Positions 1 to 12,450 of a stretch of DNA of 64,000 nt are shown here, one piece after another; position 1 is the first letter of the stretch, and each line of letters starts with the position of its first letter. The translations under genes were made by a program, and so were the position numbers. The DNA comes from Eledone cirrhosa (taxonomy: Eukaryota): the NCBI GenBank assembly GCA_964016885.1, contig OZ024740.1:234856001-234920000 (forward strand). The letters are read 5' to 3'. Under the pieces are notes generated by a model, which saw only the letters and a list, made by a program, of their open reading frames with translations, was not told the DNA's origin and did not search any database.

Positions 1-375
1 ATATATATACCACCACCTCCACCTCTATATATATATATATATATATATAAGAAATATATATATATATATATATATATATAAGATATGATAATAATGGAGC
101 TGCGGCGTTGCAAATGGGTTTACATATGAAAAAGTAAGTCCTTCATCAGTTGCCTTCCAACCGTCCTAGGCATTTCAATATATATATATATATGACAAAT
201 CTCATATATGTATATTTGTATATATATATATAGTAATAATAATAAATTTGAAGACTAAAATCCTGCATTCACAGATTGACTTTGTTAGCTTCAGAAGATC
301 CCGTTAAGGGTGAAAGCAGTGATTCTTTGCTTAAACTTTAATCTGTTATTTTAATAAATATATATATATATATAT

Positions 376-595
376 ATTAGAAAATATATAGCTTTCACAG
401 TATTTTTAACTAAAGGAACTTTTTTAGCTTGATAACGGGGTTTAGAACCCTCAGATAAATGGAAAAAGATGAGTATTGACGTACATGTACGTCAATACTC
501 ATTTTTTTCCATTTATCTGAGGGTTCTAAACCCCATTATCAAGCTAAAAAAATTCCTTTAGTTAAAAATACGGTGAAAGATATATATTTTCTAAT
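376..595. repeat. ~220-bp near-perfect palindrome (fold-back) next to a (TA)n tract
   Basis: Arm attagaaaatatata...gagtattgacgtaca is mirrored by tgtacgtcaatactc...tatatattttctaat; centre 485/486, no spacer. Confidence 0.9.
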
Positions 596-667
596 TTCAA
601 ACTCGCTCACTGTTTCAAAACATACTTACTTGCCATATATATATATATATATACAAATATACATATA

Positions 668-1915
668 CGAGGTTTATCTTAAAGGTAAGAGTACTGATTT
701 TCCTATGTACAACATGGTAACAAAGCACCACAATATATATAGTCATGTTGGTTATGACCTTAGCTGCACATAGTCACTTGTTTCAGCATGACCAATTGAG
801 TTAATCATGAGTTATTGTTGTTTATGTACAGATGTGTTTGTGATGCAAAAATATATCGAACAACAGTACGAAATCAAATTTTGTGCGAAACTCAACAAAT
901 CTACCACAAAAACATTTAATTCTTTAACACAAGTTAATGGAGATGGCACTCTATCCAGAAGTTAGATTTTTAAGTGGTACAAAGCTTTCAAAGAAGGTTA
1001 AGAAAATGTTGAAGATGAGCCTCATTCTGGAAGGCCATTCTCGTCAACAAATGAACAAAATGGAGAAGTGGTGTGAGAGGTAATGGCATAAGATCTCCGA
1101 TTAAGTGTCAGGATGATTGCAAAAGAAACAGACTTGGATAAAAATGCAATGTCAGAGAATTTTAACAGAACATTTACATGTGCAAAAAATTTGTGCAAAA
1201 CCAGTGCTCAAACACTTGTCAGTGGAGTAAAAAGCAAACTGATTGGAAATTTGTCAGGATTTACTAGACAGACTTGAAATTGAGCCAAATTTCTTGGATA
1301 AAATAATTGTTTCTACTTTAGGCACAAGGCCAGCAATTACCCAGTGCATTACTGGTACTTTATTTTATCGACCCCGTAAGGATGAAAGGCAAAGTCAACC
1401 TCGGATTTCTTGGATAAAATAATAACAGGAAATGAATCATGGATGTCCAAGTATGACCCAGTGACAAAATGATAAAGGAGTGGCACAAAAAAAAATTCTC
1501 CTCGTTCAAAGAAAGCACACATGAGCAGATCCAGGGTGAAAATGATGATTATCATTTCTTTTGACAGCCATGTTATTGTCCACAAAGAATGTTTACCTCC
1601 AGGACAAACAGTTAATTATACATTCTACAAAGATGTCACAGAATGACTTTGAAAATGGATCCAGTGAGTTTGAAAGGGCATTGCAGGAGATTGGGTACTG
1701 CACCATGATAACGCACCTGCTTATACAGAATTTTCAATTAGGGAATTTTTTGCAAAGAAAAACATTCCCCCTCTTCCACATTCTTCCTTCAGCCCAGATC
1801 TAGCTCCATGTGATTTCTACCTCTTCCCTAAGTTGAAATTGAAGTTAAAGGGTTATTATTTTGTGGCTGTGGAAAACATGCAAAAAGTAACTGACAAGCT
1901 AAGGACACTCACAGA
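668..1915 (+). mobile_element. Degenerate mariner (DD34D) DNA transposon
   Basis: TA|CGAGG 5' end; fragmented transposase motifs EQQYEIKFC, VEDEPHSGRP, ITG(N)ESW, HHDNAPA, SPDLAPCDFYLFPKLK with stops and frameshifts. Confidence 0.9.
1307..1405 (-). mobile_element. 5'-truncated tRNA-derived SINE inserted in the mariner fossil, with ~18-bp TSD
   Basis: SINE 3' half (reverse complement of ...ggggtcgataaaataaagtaccag...gccttgtgcctaaagtagaaaca) flanked by duplicated tttcttggataaaataat. Confidence 0.85.
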
Positions 1916-3381
1916 AAAATACAACATAATTACACAAAACACACACTTGCTAAAGAAAGGAAATGAGATCATAACACACTGCAGACACAGGAATATATTC
2001 ACCTTTAAAATGGCCTGAATAACAAAGCAGTAGACAACCAACAATATAGATAGAGCAGTTTGGGCAGTAAAGAAAGAAACACTCCCATATACAAACACAA
2101 AATGAACCACAAATAGAAAATGCTCCACATCCATGCATACACATCAAAATACATTTATATATAGAGATAATACATTCCATTAAGACTGCTTGACCAATCA
2201 ACTATAAAAAACCAGGACTAAATCAATAGTTCATTCACACTCTGTGACTACTTTCAAAGCAGTACATAAATATCTATTAAAACCAAACTAGATCAATAGT
2301 TGATATATATATTTCTACCTGCTAAGAAGCACCATACCATAAACAAAAGCTCTTGACCAATAAACCATTAAAAAACAATGTGACTAGGTCAGTAGATCAT
2401 TCATACTATAACTGCTTTCAAATCAACACTTACTATACTACCTTCACTTTCAAAACAACACATTACTCTGTAATAATGGTGGTTTTTTTATACATTGTTG
2501 CTACCTACTAAAAACCACCTGACCATTAGCAAATTACTAGACCAATGAATGAACAGTAAAGAAAAAAAAATATGACCTACAAAAATTAACAGAAGAAGAA
2601 GAAGAAGAAGCAGCAGCAGCAGCAGCCAATAGCATGGCAACAACTAGTAAAACAGAACCTTACCCTAACAAAATAACACAACAAAAGCAGTAACCAGCTA
2701 AGAAACAGACAGAAACAAAGACCAACCAAAAAAGAACAAACCCACTGAAGATCATAGTGTCATGAAACTCCAGGAGCAAGAAAAAAATTCAATTCAAATA
2801 ATATATCCAGTCTTCTCATTCCTGTTGGAGGAACTTCTCCTTGGCTGACCTCCACTACTTTCTGTTTGGTTTTGGTCATGTCAGGAGTGTAACCATACTC
2901 GCCACACTTGGCCAATTGTAAATTGGTGAAGCTATTTAACCCGTAGTTGGGGTGGATGGCCATTGACTCTGAGGAGTTCATCTGCCCCTCCCCCCCTTTT
3001 TTTTAGCAAGAACGCGACATGTATGACAAAAGAGCTTTGACAATTTACAATTAAAGAACCACCCAGTTAATTAACTACCAATGAATGGATTAGTTACTCA
3101 ACTAATAATGAGCTTAAGTGAAACTTAATTCGTGCATGTGTTTTTATTGGCAACATGATCCTGCCAAAGTATAACACACAATTTCACATTAAGAATTTTG
3201 CAAAATGAATACAAAAACATCATTATCATCATCATCACCCAAGTTTTCATGCTAGCATGGATTAGATGAGTTGGCCCATTGTGAGACAAGTCAGATCAGA
3301 TTATCATCTCATACAGAACTGGTTCTGGCTTAGTTTCTATGTGTATGTATATGTGCATTTTTTTATTACATGCATTTGTAA

Positions 3382-3590
3382 TGGAAGCGTGTGGCCTAGT
3401 GGTAAGGGTGTTGTGGGTTTGATTCCTATAATGGGTTGTGTGTTGTGTTCTTGAGCAAAACACTTTATTTCATATTGCTCCAATATACTCAGCTGAAAAT
3501 GAGTACCAGCAATAGTTGGAAGTTTAACTCCAGAGGGGAGCCTAGTACTCTCAGTTGCTGAATGCTAAGAAACTGAGCCTCAGACTTTAG
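3382..3590 (+). mobile_element. tRNA-derived SINE, second family
   Basis: A-box-like gtggcctagtggtaag followed by gttcttgagcaaaacactttatttc, shared with 14070-14675 and 28395-28893. Confidence 0.6.
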
Positions 3591-3871
3591 AGACATGCAT
3601 TCTTGAATAATATCCTCAATAAATGTAAAACAGGAAAGAGATGACCAACAGAACAATCACTGGTTCACTAGATTGTTGAAGTTTAACCCTTTAGCATTTG
3701 AACTGGCCATATACAGCCAGAATTCTCTCACCTCGTTTTCTTCAAACTGGCTGTAACCGGCTGCTCATGTTACGGTATTGTTCTCAAAATATATAATATC
3801 AAAATCTCATAGATTCAATATTATTTGAGATAATTATGTGAGGTAAAGCCTTTACTGTGAAAATATAATAG

Positions 3872-4692
3872 AATATAAGTATGTACACGTACATACATAT
3901 ATGTATACAGACGTACAGTAGTATGTATATATATATATATACATACATGCACACATATATATATGTTCGTATGGATTCATCGAACATTTATTATAATGCT
4001 CGGTGTGTTTGTAAACAAACATCCCGTATTAAGCCGTACAATGTCTAGCAACCATCGTTGCTCATTTGTTCAACACTGACAAAGGAACGCTGTACTAGAA
4101 TAAATGTTCGGTGAATCCATACGTACATATATATATGTGTGCATGTATGTATATATATATATATACATACTACTGTACGTCTGTATACATATATGTATGT
4201 ACGTGTACATACTTATATTTAAGTAACAGCCGTACTAAGAGTGGGAAATGAAATTTTGTTTCATTTTTTCCGTTTATCGTTTTCGGTGCACCCGGCCGAT
4301 TAACCCACTCGATATGCAAATTGGGCTACTCAGCCGTTAATATGCATAAGGTAAGTATATATGTTCAACAATCTGGCAGGAAGGTATACGTTGCTGACGA
4401 TAGCTAATAAGCTTGAAACTAGTACAGCGTTCCTTTGTCAGTGTTGAACAAACGAGCAACGATGGTTGCTAGACACTACGGCTTAATACGGGATGTTTGT
4501 TTACAAACACACCGAGCATTATAATAAATGTTCGGTGAATCCATACGTACATATATATATGTGTGCATGTATGTATATATATACATACTACTGTACATCT
4601 GTATACATATATGTATGTACGTGTACATACTTATATTTAAGTAACAGCCGTACTAAGTGTGGGAAATGAAATTTTGTTTCATTTTTTCCGTT
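3872..4692 (+). mobile_element. Non-coding hammerhead-bearing retroelement (retrozyme / Penelope pLTR-like)
   Basis: Flanked by duplicated tataatag (3864-3871, 4693-4700); inverted copy at 3872-4098; direct repeat starting 4099 and 4523 (~424-nt period); hammerhead at 4388-4430. Confidence 0.75.
4388..4430 (+). ncRNA. Minimal type I hammerhead ribozyme
   Basis: ACGTTG-CTGACGA-T-AGCT-AATA-AGCT-T-GAAA-CTAG-TA/CAGCGT: 6-bp stem I, intact CUGANGA and GAAA core, 4-bp stem II, palindromic stem III, GUA cleavage after 4424. Confidence 0.85.
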
Positions 4693-4789
4693 TATAATAG
4701 TATATATATAGAGTCATGTAAATGCTAAAGGGTTAAAGGGGATAGAAGGGTTCTACTAACTGTCATATCATTGTTTGGTATTGTAGTGT

Positions 4790-5725
4790 TCTGAAGTAGT
4801 AAGTAGTGTTGTGGTATGTTGTAGTGTGTTGTGGTAGTGTTGTAGTGTGTTGTGGTGTGCTGTAGTGTGTTCTAGTATCGTAGTAGTGTTGTGGTAGTGT
4901 TGTAGTGTACTGTAGTAGTGTTGTGGTAGTGTTGTAGTAGTGTTGTGGTATGTTGTAGTGTGTTGTGGTAGTGTTGTAGTGTGTTGTGGTGTGCTGTAGT
5001 GTGTTCTAGTATCGTAGTAGTGTTGTGGTACTGTTGTAGTGTACTGTAGTAGTGTTGTGGTAGTGTTGTAGTAGTGTTGTGGTATGTTGTAGTGTGTTGT
5101 GGTAGTGTTGTAGTGTGTTGTGGTGTGCTGTAGTGTGTTCTAGTATTGTAGTAGTGTTGTGGTAGTGTTGTAGTGTACTGTAGTAGTGTTGTGGTAGTGT
5201 TGCAGTGTGTTCTAATAGTGTTGTAGTGTGTTGTAGTAGTTTTCTAGTGTGTTATAGTAATGTTGTGATAGTATTGTGGTGTGTTGTGGTGTTGTAGTGT
5301 GTTGTAGTGTTGTGGTGTGTTGTAGTATTGTAGTGTTTTGTGGTGTGGTGTAGTATGTTGTGGTAGTATTGTGGTGTAGTATGTTGTAGTGTGTTGTGGT
5401 GTTGTAGTGTGTTGTAGTGTTGTGGTGTGTTGTAGTATGTTGTTGTAGTATTGTAGTGTTTTGTGGTGTGGTGTAGTATGTTGTGGTAGTATTGTAGTGT
5501 GTTGTGGTGTTGTAGTGTGTTGTGGTATTGTAGTGTGTTGTAGTGTTGTGGTGTGTTGTGGTAGTGTTGTGGTGTATTATGCCTATGTTGTGGTAGTGTT
5601 GTGGTATGTTGTAGTGTTATGCTTATGTTGCGGTATGTTATGTTGTGTTATGCTAATGTTGTGGTATGTTGTGGTGTGTTGTAGTGTTGTGGTGTGTTGC
5701 AGTGTTGTGTTGTAGTTGTGTTCTA
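4790..5725. repeat. GT-rich (TGTAG/TGTGG) low-complexity repeat with higher-order ~135-bp duplications
   Basis: Recurring gtagtgttgtggtatgttgtagtgtgttgtgg blocks. Confidence 0.9.
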
Positions 5726-6379
5726 CAACACACCAGAATAATATGCCAGAACACTACTACAACATATGAGAGAGACTCTATGTGGTCACTCTGTTTGCTA
5801 GAAAGAGCGGCCAATTCTCCTTTAAATTGCTCCTTACAATATTTTTAAGAAATGAAAGGACATATTGGATAATTTAAAGAATGTTGGGTTGGTCACCTGC
5901 AGAATATCTTTTAACCATTAATCTCTCCAATCAGGGCTGATTTTGTTCTAAACAATAACTGCAACACACCAGGTACCTTCTACAGCTCCATAATGTTATT
6001 AAACTAGTCCTAGGTACTAAAGCAACATATCAAGACACTACTACAACATAAACTGTAACACTAACACTATAGACACAAAAATACATTGCTAATACAGCCA
6101 ATGATGAGCCAACAAATGGAACCCTTCTATGGTCATTTGACCTGCTCAAAACAACAGATAGATTTCTGTAAGATCAAACCATACCATCTAAAACAGGTAA
6201 TAGATTAGATAACATTTATCCCAGATATACTATATTTAAAAATGGTTTCTGATTTAGGCACAAGGGCAACAATTTAGGGGAGAGAGGGAAGCCGATTAAA
6301 TCGACCCCAGTGCATCACTGGTACTTTATTTTATCGACCCTTGGAGTTGAACTCAGTAGAATTTATTTTTATTTTTGCT

Positions 6380-6760
6380 AGGTCTGGAGAAAGGGACCCT
6401 GTGCCTATGACCTTTGCAGCCTCTCTCTCAGACGAATAAAATGGGTGCTGTTGATGTTCAGTGTAAATTGTTGCAGGAAAAACATATGCAGGGACAGAAT
6501 TCTAGGGTGAAGGGCCTTCTGTGGAGGAAGAACTGGGAGTAGTCATTAGCGCAGGGACTGGGAGTGTTGGACACAATATAAACAATGAGAAGAGAGAAGA
6601 GTGAGGTGGGAGTGCCTGAGTGGAAGTAGTTCAAAGCCAACCAGTTCCTAGAAGCATAGGCCATTGTATGGAAAAGGCAAAAGGGGGAGACAAAACATCT
6701 GTAGGCTTGAGGCTGGAGCATGTCTATCAGTGAATTCATACCAATCAGACCCTTTTTCTA
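6380..6760 (-). mobile_element. Degenerate CR1/L2-like LINE 3' end
   Basis: Minus-strand remnants resembling the RT C-terminal region (..NDYSQFF.., NS.PAYVFPATI) with many indels. Confidence 0.5.
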
Positions 6761-8221
6761 GGTGCAATCTATGATGTTTGTGTGTGTGGTCACAACTGCT
6801 ACACATTTAATCATACTGTCTACTCCAATAAAACTAAACAACAACCAATATAAAGGAACACTACTAACAAAAAACCTAGACACATTAAAAACACAAACTA
6901 AAACACCTAAAAACACAAACTAAAACACCACTATAACACTACTACTATATCAAAAACACTCTATCACCTGATGCAGAAAAAAGAAACACAAAATACATAC
7001 ACACGCACACACACACACGGCCATGTGACAGTACTGCTGCTATAAACACACATACAATGATATGAAATGTTTTATCTGCCATAGCCCACAATATTTGACA
7101 TCATCATCATCATCATCATTTTATGTCCGTTGTTCCACGTTTCTATGGCTTATCCAGTGTCGACTAAATGAAACCAGAAATCAATGTTGAAGCACACATT
7201 AAATTTAAATAACAATATAAAAGAAACAAAAAGTTAATGCAACTAATAGCATAGAGACTCAATGGCTTCATTGATCCTGGTGTTATCAATATACTTAAAA
7301 CATTTTATAAAATATACAAATGTTGCTGTGACCTACTAAAAATGTTGTGAGCCCCCTCTAAGCCTTACAAGGCCATTTATTGTGCATCATGTCTTAGACC
7401 ATGTCCAAAAGAAGTCCAATAATCTGATAGACTATACAAAGGAAGATGCTAGCACTTTGAAATCTTGAATGCATTAATTTCAACTCTTCTTGTTAATTAC
7501 TGCATTGTTTTTTCCAGGGACTATTTTGAAAAATAAACCTCATTTTGTCATTCCATGAGAGTATCTTGGTCAGCATATGAACTTTTCAGCCAACCATCAT
7601 AAAACCCATCATACTCTACATGTTGAAACCTAACCACCACTTAATGGTTCAAAGATTTTTTTTTTTACTGTTTAATCAGAAGGGCAGTGCCCATGACCTG
7701 ATTCAAGGTCTCCAAGATTTGAAAATAAGGTATGTTGAAAAATAAACCTCATTTGGTCATTGCATGAGAGTATCTTGGCCAGCCTATGAAATTTTCAACC
7801 AACCCTTGTGGATTCCATCTTTAGTAAATAACACTTATCCAAAATACCATTCAGTGGGATCAAACCTAAGACTGCATAAGTGCGAAGAAAACTTCTTCAC
7901 CATTCGACCATGTTACAGCCACTTCACCTCCTAGCTCCTACATTAACCATTTCCCTAATATCTTTCTCTCAACAGCTGTAACTATTCAGAATCCCTGTTG
8001 TTGACCTACAAATCTCTACATTGAGCACCAATAACGTTGACCTCACCAGTGTAGGAGGGTCTGCAATCGGTTTGAGCACTTACAGCACCTTATCTTACTA
8101 TCATATATTTCTAAATCATCACCACATATCTTTCCAGTTTCATCTATATGTGTATGATATGGATGAGAATGGGATTACATACACACATATATAACTATAT
8201 AACTGAATAATTGTGTGAGCA

Positions 8222-8900
8222 TTTTTTTTTTTTTTTGTAGCACACGCATCAACATGCAGTTCTGTAAGTGTGTGTATGTGTAAGTAACCACAATTGTTTT
8301 TTTTTTGTAGCACACGCATCAACATGCAGTTCTGTAAGTGTGTGTATGTGTAAGTAACCACAATTGTTTTTTTTTTATAGCACACGCATCAACATGCAGT
8401 TCTGTAAGTGTGTGTATGTGTATGTAACCACAATTTTTTTTATATTACATGCAACATCAGCATACAGCTCTATGTGTGCATTATTAGTATATTAACCACA
8501 ACCAATTGATATCATACACAAAATCAACGTACAGCTATGTGTGTGTGTGTGCGCGCGCATGTGTGTATGTTACTGTCTGTATGTGTATATGTTAGTGTGT
8601 GTGTATGTGTGTAACCACAACTTTTAATATCACACATAAAATCAACATACAGCTATGTGTGTGTGTGTGTATGTATATGTGTTAGTGTGTGTGTGTGTGG
8701 TAACCACAACTTTTTAATATCACACATAAAATCAACATACAGCTATGTGTGTGTGTGTGTGTGTGTATGTGTGTGTATATGAGTTAATGTGTGTGTGTGT
8801 TTGTGTGTGTGTGTGGTAACCACAATTTTTTAATATCACACATAAAATCAACACACAACTCTGTCTGTGTGCGTGTGTGTGTGATAGTGTGTGTGAAAGT
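8222..8900. repeat. ~63-bp tandem repeat grading into GT-microsatellite-containing repeats
   Basis: agcacacgcatcaacatgcagttctgtaagtgtgtgtatgtgtaagtaaccacaattg x3, then taaccacaac..aatatcacacataaaatcaacatacagct units. Confidence 0.85.
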
Positions 8901-9170
8901 ATGAGTGTATGTGTATGTGTGTATGTGTGTATGAGTGTAGTGTATATGTGTTATAGCAATAAAGGTGCTGCTATGCATGCACACATATATTCAGATGTGC
9001 TTAGTTTATCTTATCAAACGAGGACATCAAGTCTGATATATTACTACCATCATTGGATGTGGTACCACCACACTCATTAATCCAACCCATATATCTATCT
9101 ACTTCCATCTCTACCTACCTATTGGTCTGTCTGTCTGTCTAGCCATCCGGATCATCTGTCTATCTATCTG

Positions 9171-10213
9171 CCCCATTCGTGAGGCGAGCCTTCCCACGAC
9201 TCGTCTCGCTGACCGAGCTGCAGTCCTGGGTCAAGCAAAGACCAAGGAAAATGGGCGACTGGCACATCGAATGTGCTCAGGCGCTCACAGCCCTCTGGCA
9301 GGCGGACCCGGCGATCAGTGGAGACTCCACTTCGTCATTCTATAGAGGGTTGATCCGCAGCAAGTGCGACGACGCACTCGGTGAAACTCTAGGCGTAGAG
9401 GAAGATGAACTGACCAGTCTGTTCGGTAGGACATTCCGCCCGGGACCAATGGACAACTTCCAAAAGTCCCTGGCCTGGCAGTGCTACCGAGGAGCTCTAC
9501 CAGTTTGAGACAAGCTCTACAGACATGGGCACCCGGGCAGGAACCCTGCAAAAAAGATCTGTCCGAGGTGCATGCGAGACGAAGAAACCATCGCGCACGC
9601 ATTCATACACTGCCCGGGCGTCACCGACCTGTAGGGCTATGTAGAACGACTATTGTCGTGGGTGGGACCAATCCGGTTGACCACCGAGTCCATTGTCATG
9701 ATCAAACCGCCACCCTCCTTCAAAAACGAAGAGGCGGTTTTCCTTTGTGTGATAGCTATGGCAAAAGAGGTTGTATGGTGGACAAGGTTGAAAGGGCTGA
9801 GGTCAGACACCTTTCTCTCCGGCCAACAACTGATTCTTTTTTTCAAATGCCACTTTGGAAGAAGATTCAGGATGGAGAGAGAGAGAGGTGCTGTACCCCA
9901 GCAAGTTTTATGAAAGGTGGGTGAAAATGGCGAGAATGGCCCGAGTGAATGGGCCTTCTCTCTATATCAGCCTGTAGGTTGAGGAAAAGGAGGGGGAGAG
10001 GAAAGGAGTACAAACTCTTCGTACTCCTGGAGATGAGGGTTGCACATTTTTTCGGGGGTATGTGTTACCCATATGAACTGTCTCCCCCTATTGGGGAAAA
10101 TCGACTAATTTTTAAATTACATTTGTGATAGTATTTTAGACGTTTTTATTGTATGTAAACTTCCCCTTTGTATTTGTCCCCTTCTTTTGTGCCCCTGTGG
10201 CTAATAAAGAAAC
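9171..10213 (+). mobile_element. 5'-truncated Tx1/L1-clade LINE (ORF2 C-terminus + 3' UTR)
   Basis: RRAFPRLVSLTELQSWVK...MDNFQKSLAWQCYRGALPV and FLCVIAMAKEVVWWTRLKG match the element at 60079-61258; aataaa then (TCTA)n. Confidence 0.9.
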
Positions 10214-10262
10214 ATATCTATACCTCCATCTATCTATCTATCTATCTATCTATTTATCTATC

Positions 10263-10612
10263 ATTTTGGAAGAAGAATCAGGATGGCGAGAGAGGTGCTG
10301 TACCCCAGCAAATTTTATAAAAGGTGGGTGAATGTGGCAAAGATGGCCCGAGTGGTTGGGCCTTCTCTCTATATAAGCCTGTAGGTTGAGGAAAAAGAGG
10401 AAGAGTGGAAGGGAGTACTCACTCTTGGTGCTCCTGGAGTTGTACATTTTTTCGGGGTGTGTACAACCCCTGTGTAACGCCTCCCCCCTATTGGGGATTT
10501 CAATTGTTATTTGTTATTTTATTAATAGTTTTATTTTCATATACCTGTATGTAAACTCCCCATTTGTATTTGTCCCCTTCTTTTGTGCTCTTGTGGCTAA
10601 TAAAGAAATTTA
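10263..10612 (+). mobile_element. Second, shorter 3' copy of the same Tx1-like LINE in tandem
   Basis: Repeats 9853-10213 (tttggaagaaga..caggatgg...gtggctaataaagaaa) and is followed by (TCTA)n. Confidence 0.85.
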
Positions 10613-10697
10613 TCTATCTATCTATACCGCCATCTATCTAACTCTCTGTCTCAATATATGTCTTGTAGTAGGCTTGTGCATGTGTATATATATATGT

Positions 10698-11166
10698 ATG
10701 GTGGCTGCCAACTCGTTTTCGAGTACGGCCACTACTTTATATCCATGTAGGAGAACCCCTACCGATGCGCTGAACGAGTGTGACTTTTTAGTCCAGCCAG
10801 CGACTTGAAAACTCTGGTACAAACACTACACTTGTGACAATTACCAACACATAGTGCTGGGCCCATGGTACCATGTGACGACAAGTGTAGAGAGATCTCC
10901 AGATATAAAGCAGTGCCTTTGCTCACTATAGAAGCTTCACGGCACAGGCATTGCTTTATATCTGGAGATCTCTCTGCACTTGTTGTCACATGGTACCATG
11001 GGCCCAGCACTATGTGTCAATCATTGTCACAAGTGTAGTGTTTGTACCAGAGTTTTCAAGTTGCTGACTGCACTAAAAAGTCACACTCGTTCAGCGCATC
11101 GGTAGGAGTTCTCCTACATGGATATAAAGTAGTGGCCGTACTCGAAAACGAGTTGGCAGCCACCAT
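10698..11166. mobile_element. Inverted (tail-out) dimer of an RTE-like LINE 3' end
   Basis: ~220-bp arms with ~25-nt spacer; left arm encodes on the minus strand a terminal C2H2 finger [22 protein letters not shown], typical of RTE ORF C-termini. Confidence 0.75.
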
Positions 11167-11207
11167 GTATGTATGTGTGTGTGTATATATATATATGCAT
11201 ACATGTG

Positions 11208-11254
<47 letters not shown>

Positions 11255-11287
11255 ATGTGTGTATATATATACATACACACACATATA

Positions 11288-11460
11288 TCATCATCATCAT
11301 CATCATCATCAGGTTTAGCGTCCGTGTTCCACGCTTGCATGGGTTTGGACGGGGGTTTTCCCACTTGAGGCAAGAGTGGTTGTCTTGCTCGCATAGGACT
11401 GTCTGGCGGGTTTTCTACAGTTGGATGCCCTTCCTAACACCAACCACATTTACAGTGTAA
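11288..11460 (-). mobile_element. Short interspersed repeat with (GAT)n tail (RTE-associated type)
   Basis: tacagttggatgcccttcctaacaccaacc core, also at 13500-13910 and reversed at 17740-18040. Confidence 0.6.
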
Positions 11461-11582
11461 ATGTATATGTATATGTATACAGAGAGAGAGAGAGTGACAT
11501 ATTTATATGTAAGTATATAGGACGAGTTGTAGTGCACCTGAGCACTGTACACAATACTTTCATTATTATTATCATTATTATG

Positions 11583-11681
11583 CCGAGGTTGACTTTGCCT
11601 TTCATCCTTACGGGGTCGATAAAATAAAGTACCAGTAATGCACTGGTTAATTGCTGGCCTTGTGCCTAAAGTAGAAACAAT
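11583..11681 (+). mobile_element. Truncated tRNA-derived SINE
   Basis: ccgaggttgactttgcctttcatccttacggggtcgataaaataaagtaccagtaatgcactgg. Confidence 0.8.
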
Positions 11682-11684
11682 TAT

Positions 11685-12450
11685 TATATATATATATACA
11701 TGCATACTTATATACTTATATATATGTATATATATATATATATGCGTATATATGTATATATATATATATGTATGCATATATGTGTGTGTGTATGAGTGTG
11801 TGTATGTGTGAGTGTGTGTGTGTGAGTGTGTGTGTGTGTATATGAGTGTGTGTATGTGAGAGTGTGTGTGTGTATATGAATGTGTGTATGTGTGAGTGTG
11901 TGTGTGTATGAGTGTGTGTGAGTGTGTATATGAATGTGTGTGTGTGTGTGTGTGTGTGTGTGAGTGTGTGTGTGTGTATGAGTGTGTGTATGTGTGAGTG
12001 TGTGTGTATATGAATGTGTGTATGTGTGTGTATGTGAGTGTGTGTGTGTATATGAGTGTGTGTATGTGAGAGTGTGTGTGTGTATGAGTGTGTGTATGTG
12101 TGAGTGTGTGTGAGTGTGTGAGTGTGTGTGTATATGAGTGTGTGTATGTGAATGTGTGTAACATGTGTGTATGAGTGTGTGTATGTGTGAGTGTGTGTGT
12201 GTATATGAATGTGTGTATGTGTGTGTATGTGAGTGTGTGTGTGTATATGAGTGTGTGTATGAGTGTGTGTATGAGTGTGTGTATGTGTGAGTGTGTGTGT
12301 GTATATGAATGTGTGTATGTGTGTGTATGTGAGAGTGTGTGTGTGTGTGTGTATGAGTGTGTGTATGTGTGAGTGTGTGTGAGTGTGTGAGTGTGTGTGT
12401 ATATGAGTGTGTGTGTGTGTGTATATGAGTGTGTGTATGTGAATGTGTGT
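11685..12450. repeat. (TA)n/(TG)n compound microsatellite
   Basis: Direct inspection; source of the spurious 346-aa HT-rich ORF. Confidence 0.95.

Larger units (their letters stand above)
3687..4732. mobile_element. piggyBac-type MITE interrupted by an ~820-bp insertion
   Basis: TTAA|ccctttagcattt ... aaatgctaaaggg|TTAA; an uninterrupted homologue lies at ~17027-17241. Confidence 0.8.

Noticed and set aside
288-325. CAGAAGA-T-CCC-GTTAA-GGG-T-GAAA hammerhead-like motif (also ~51712)
   Set aside because: Both copies have CAG rather than CUG and there is no credible stem I/III or NUH site
2760-2981. 73-aa ORF as a downstream exon of the membrane-protein gene
   Set aside because: No convincing splice acceptor or recognisable domain; could be a TE relic
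10759-11010. Host C2H2 zinc-finger gene
   Set aside because: Single finger inside an inverted duplication; better explained as a LINE ORF C-terminus
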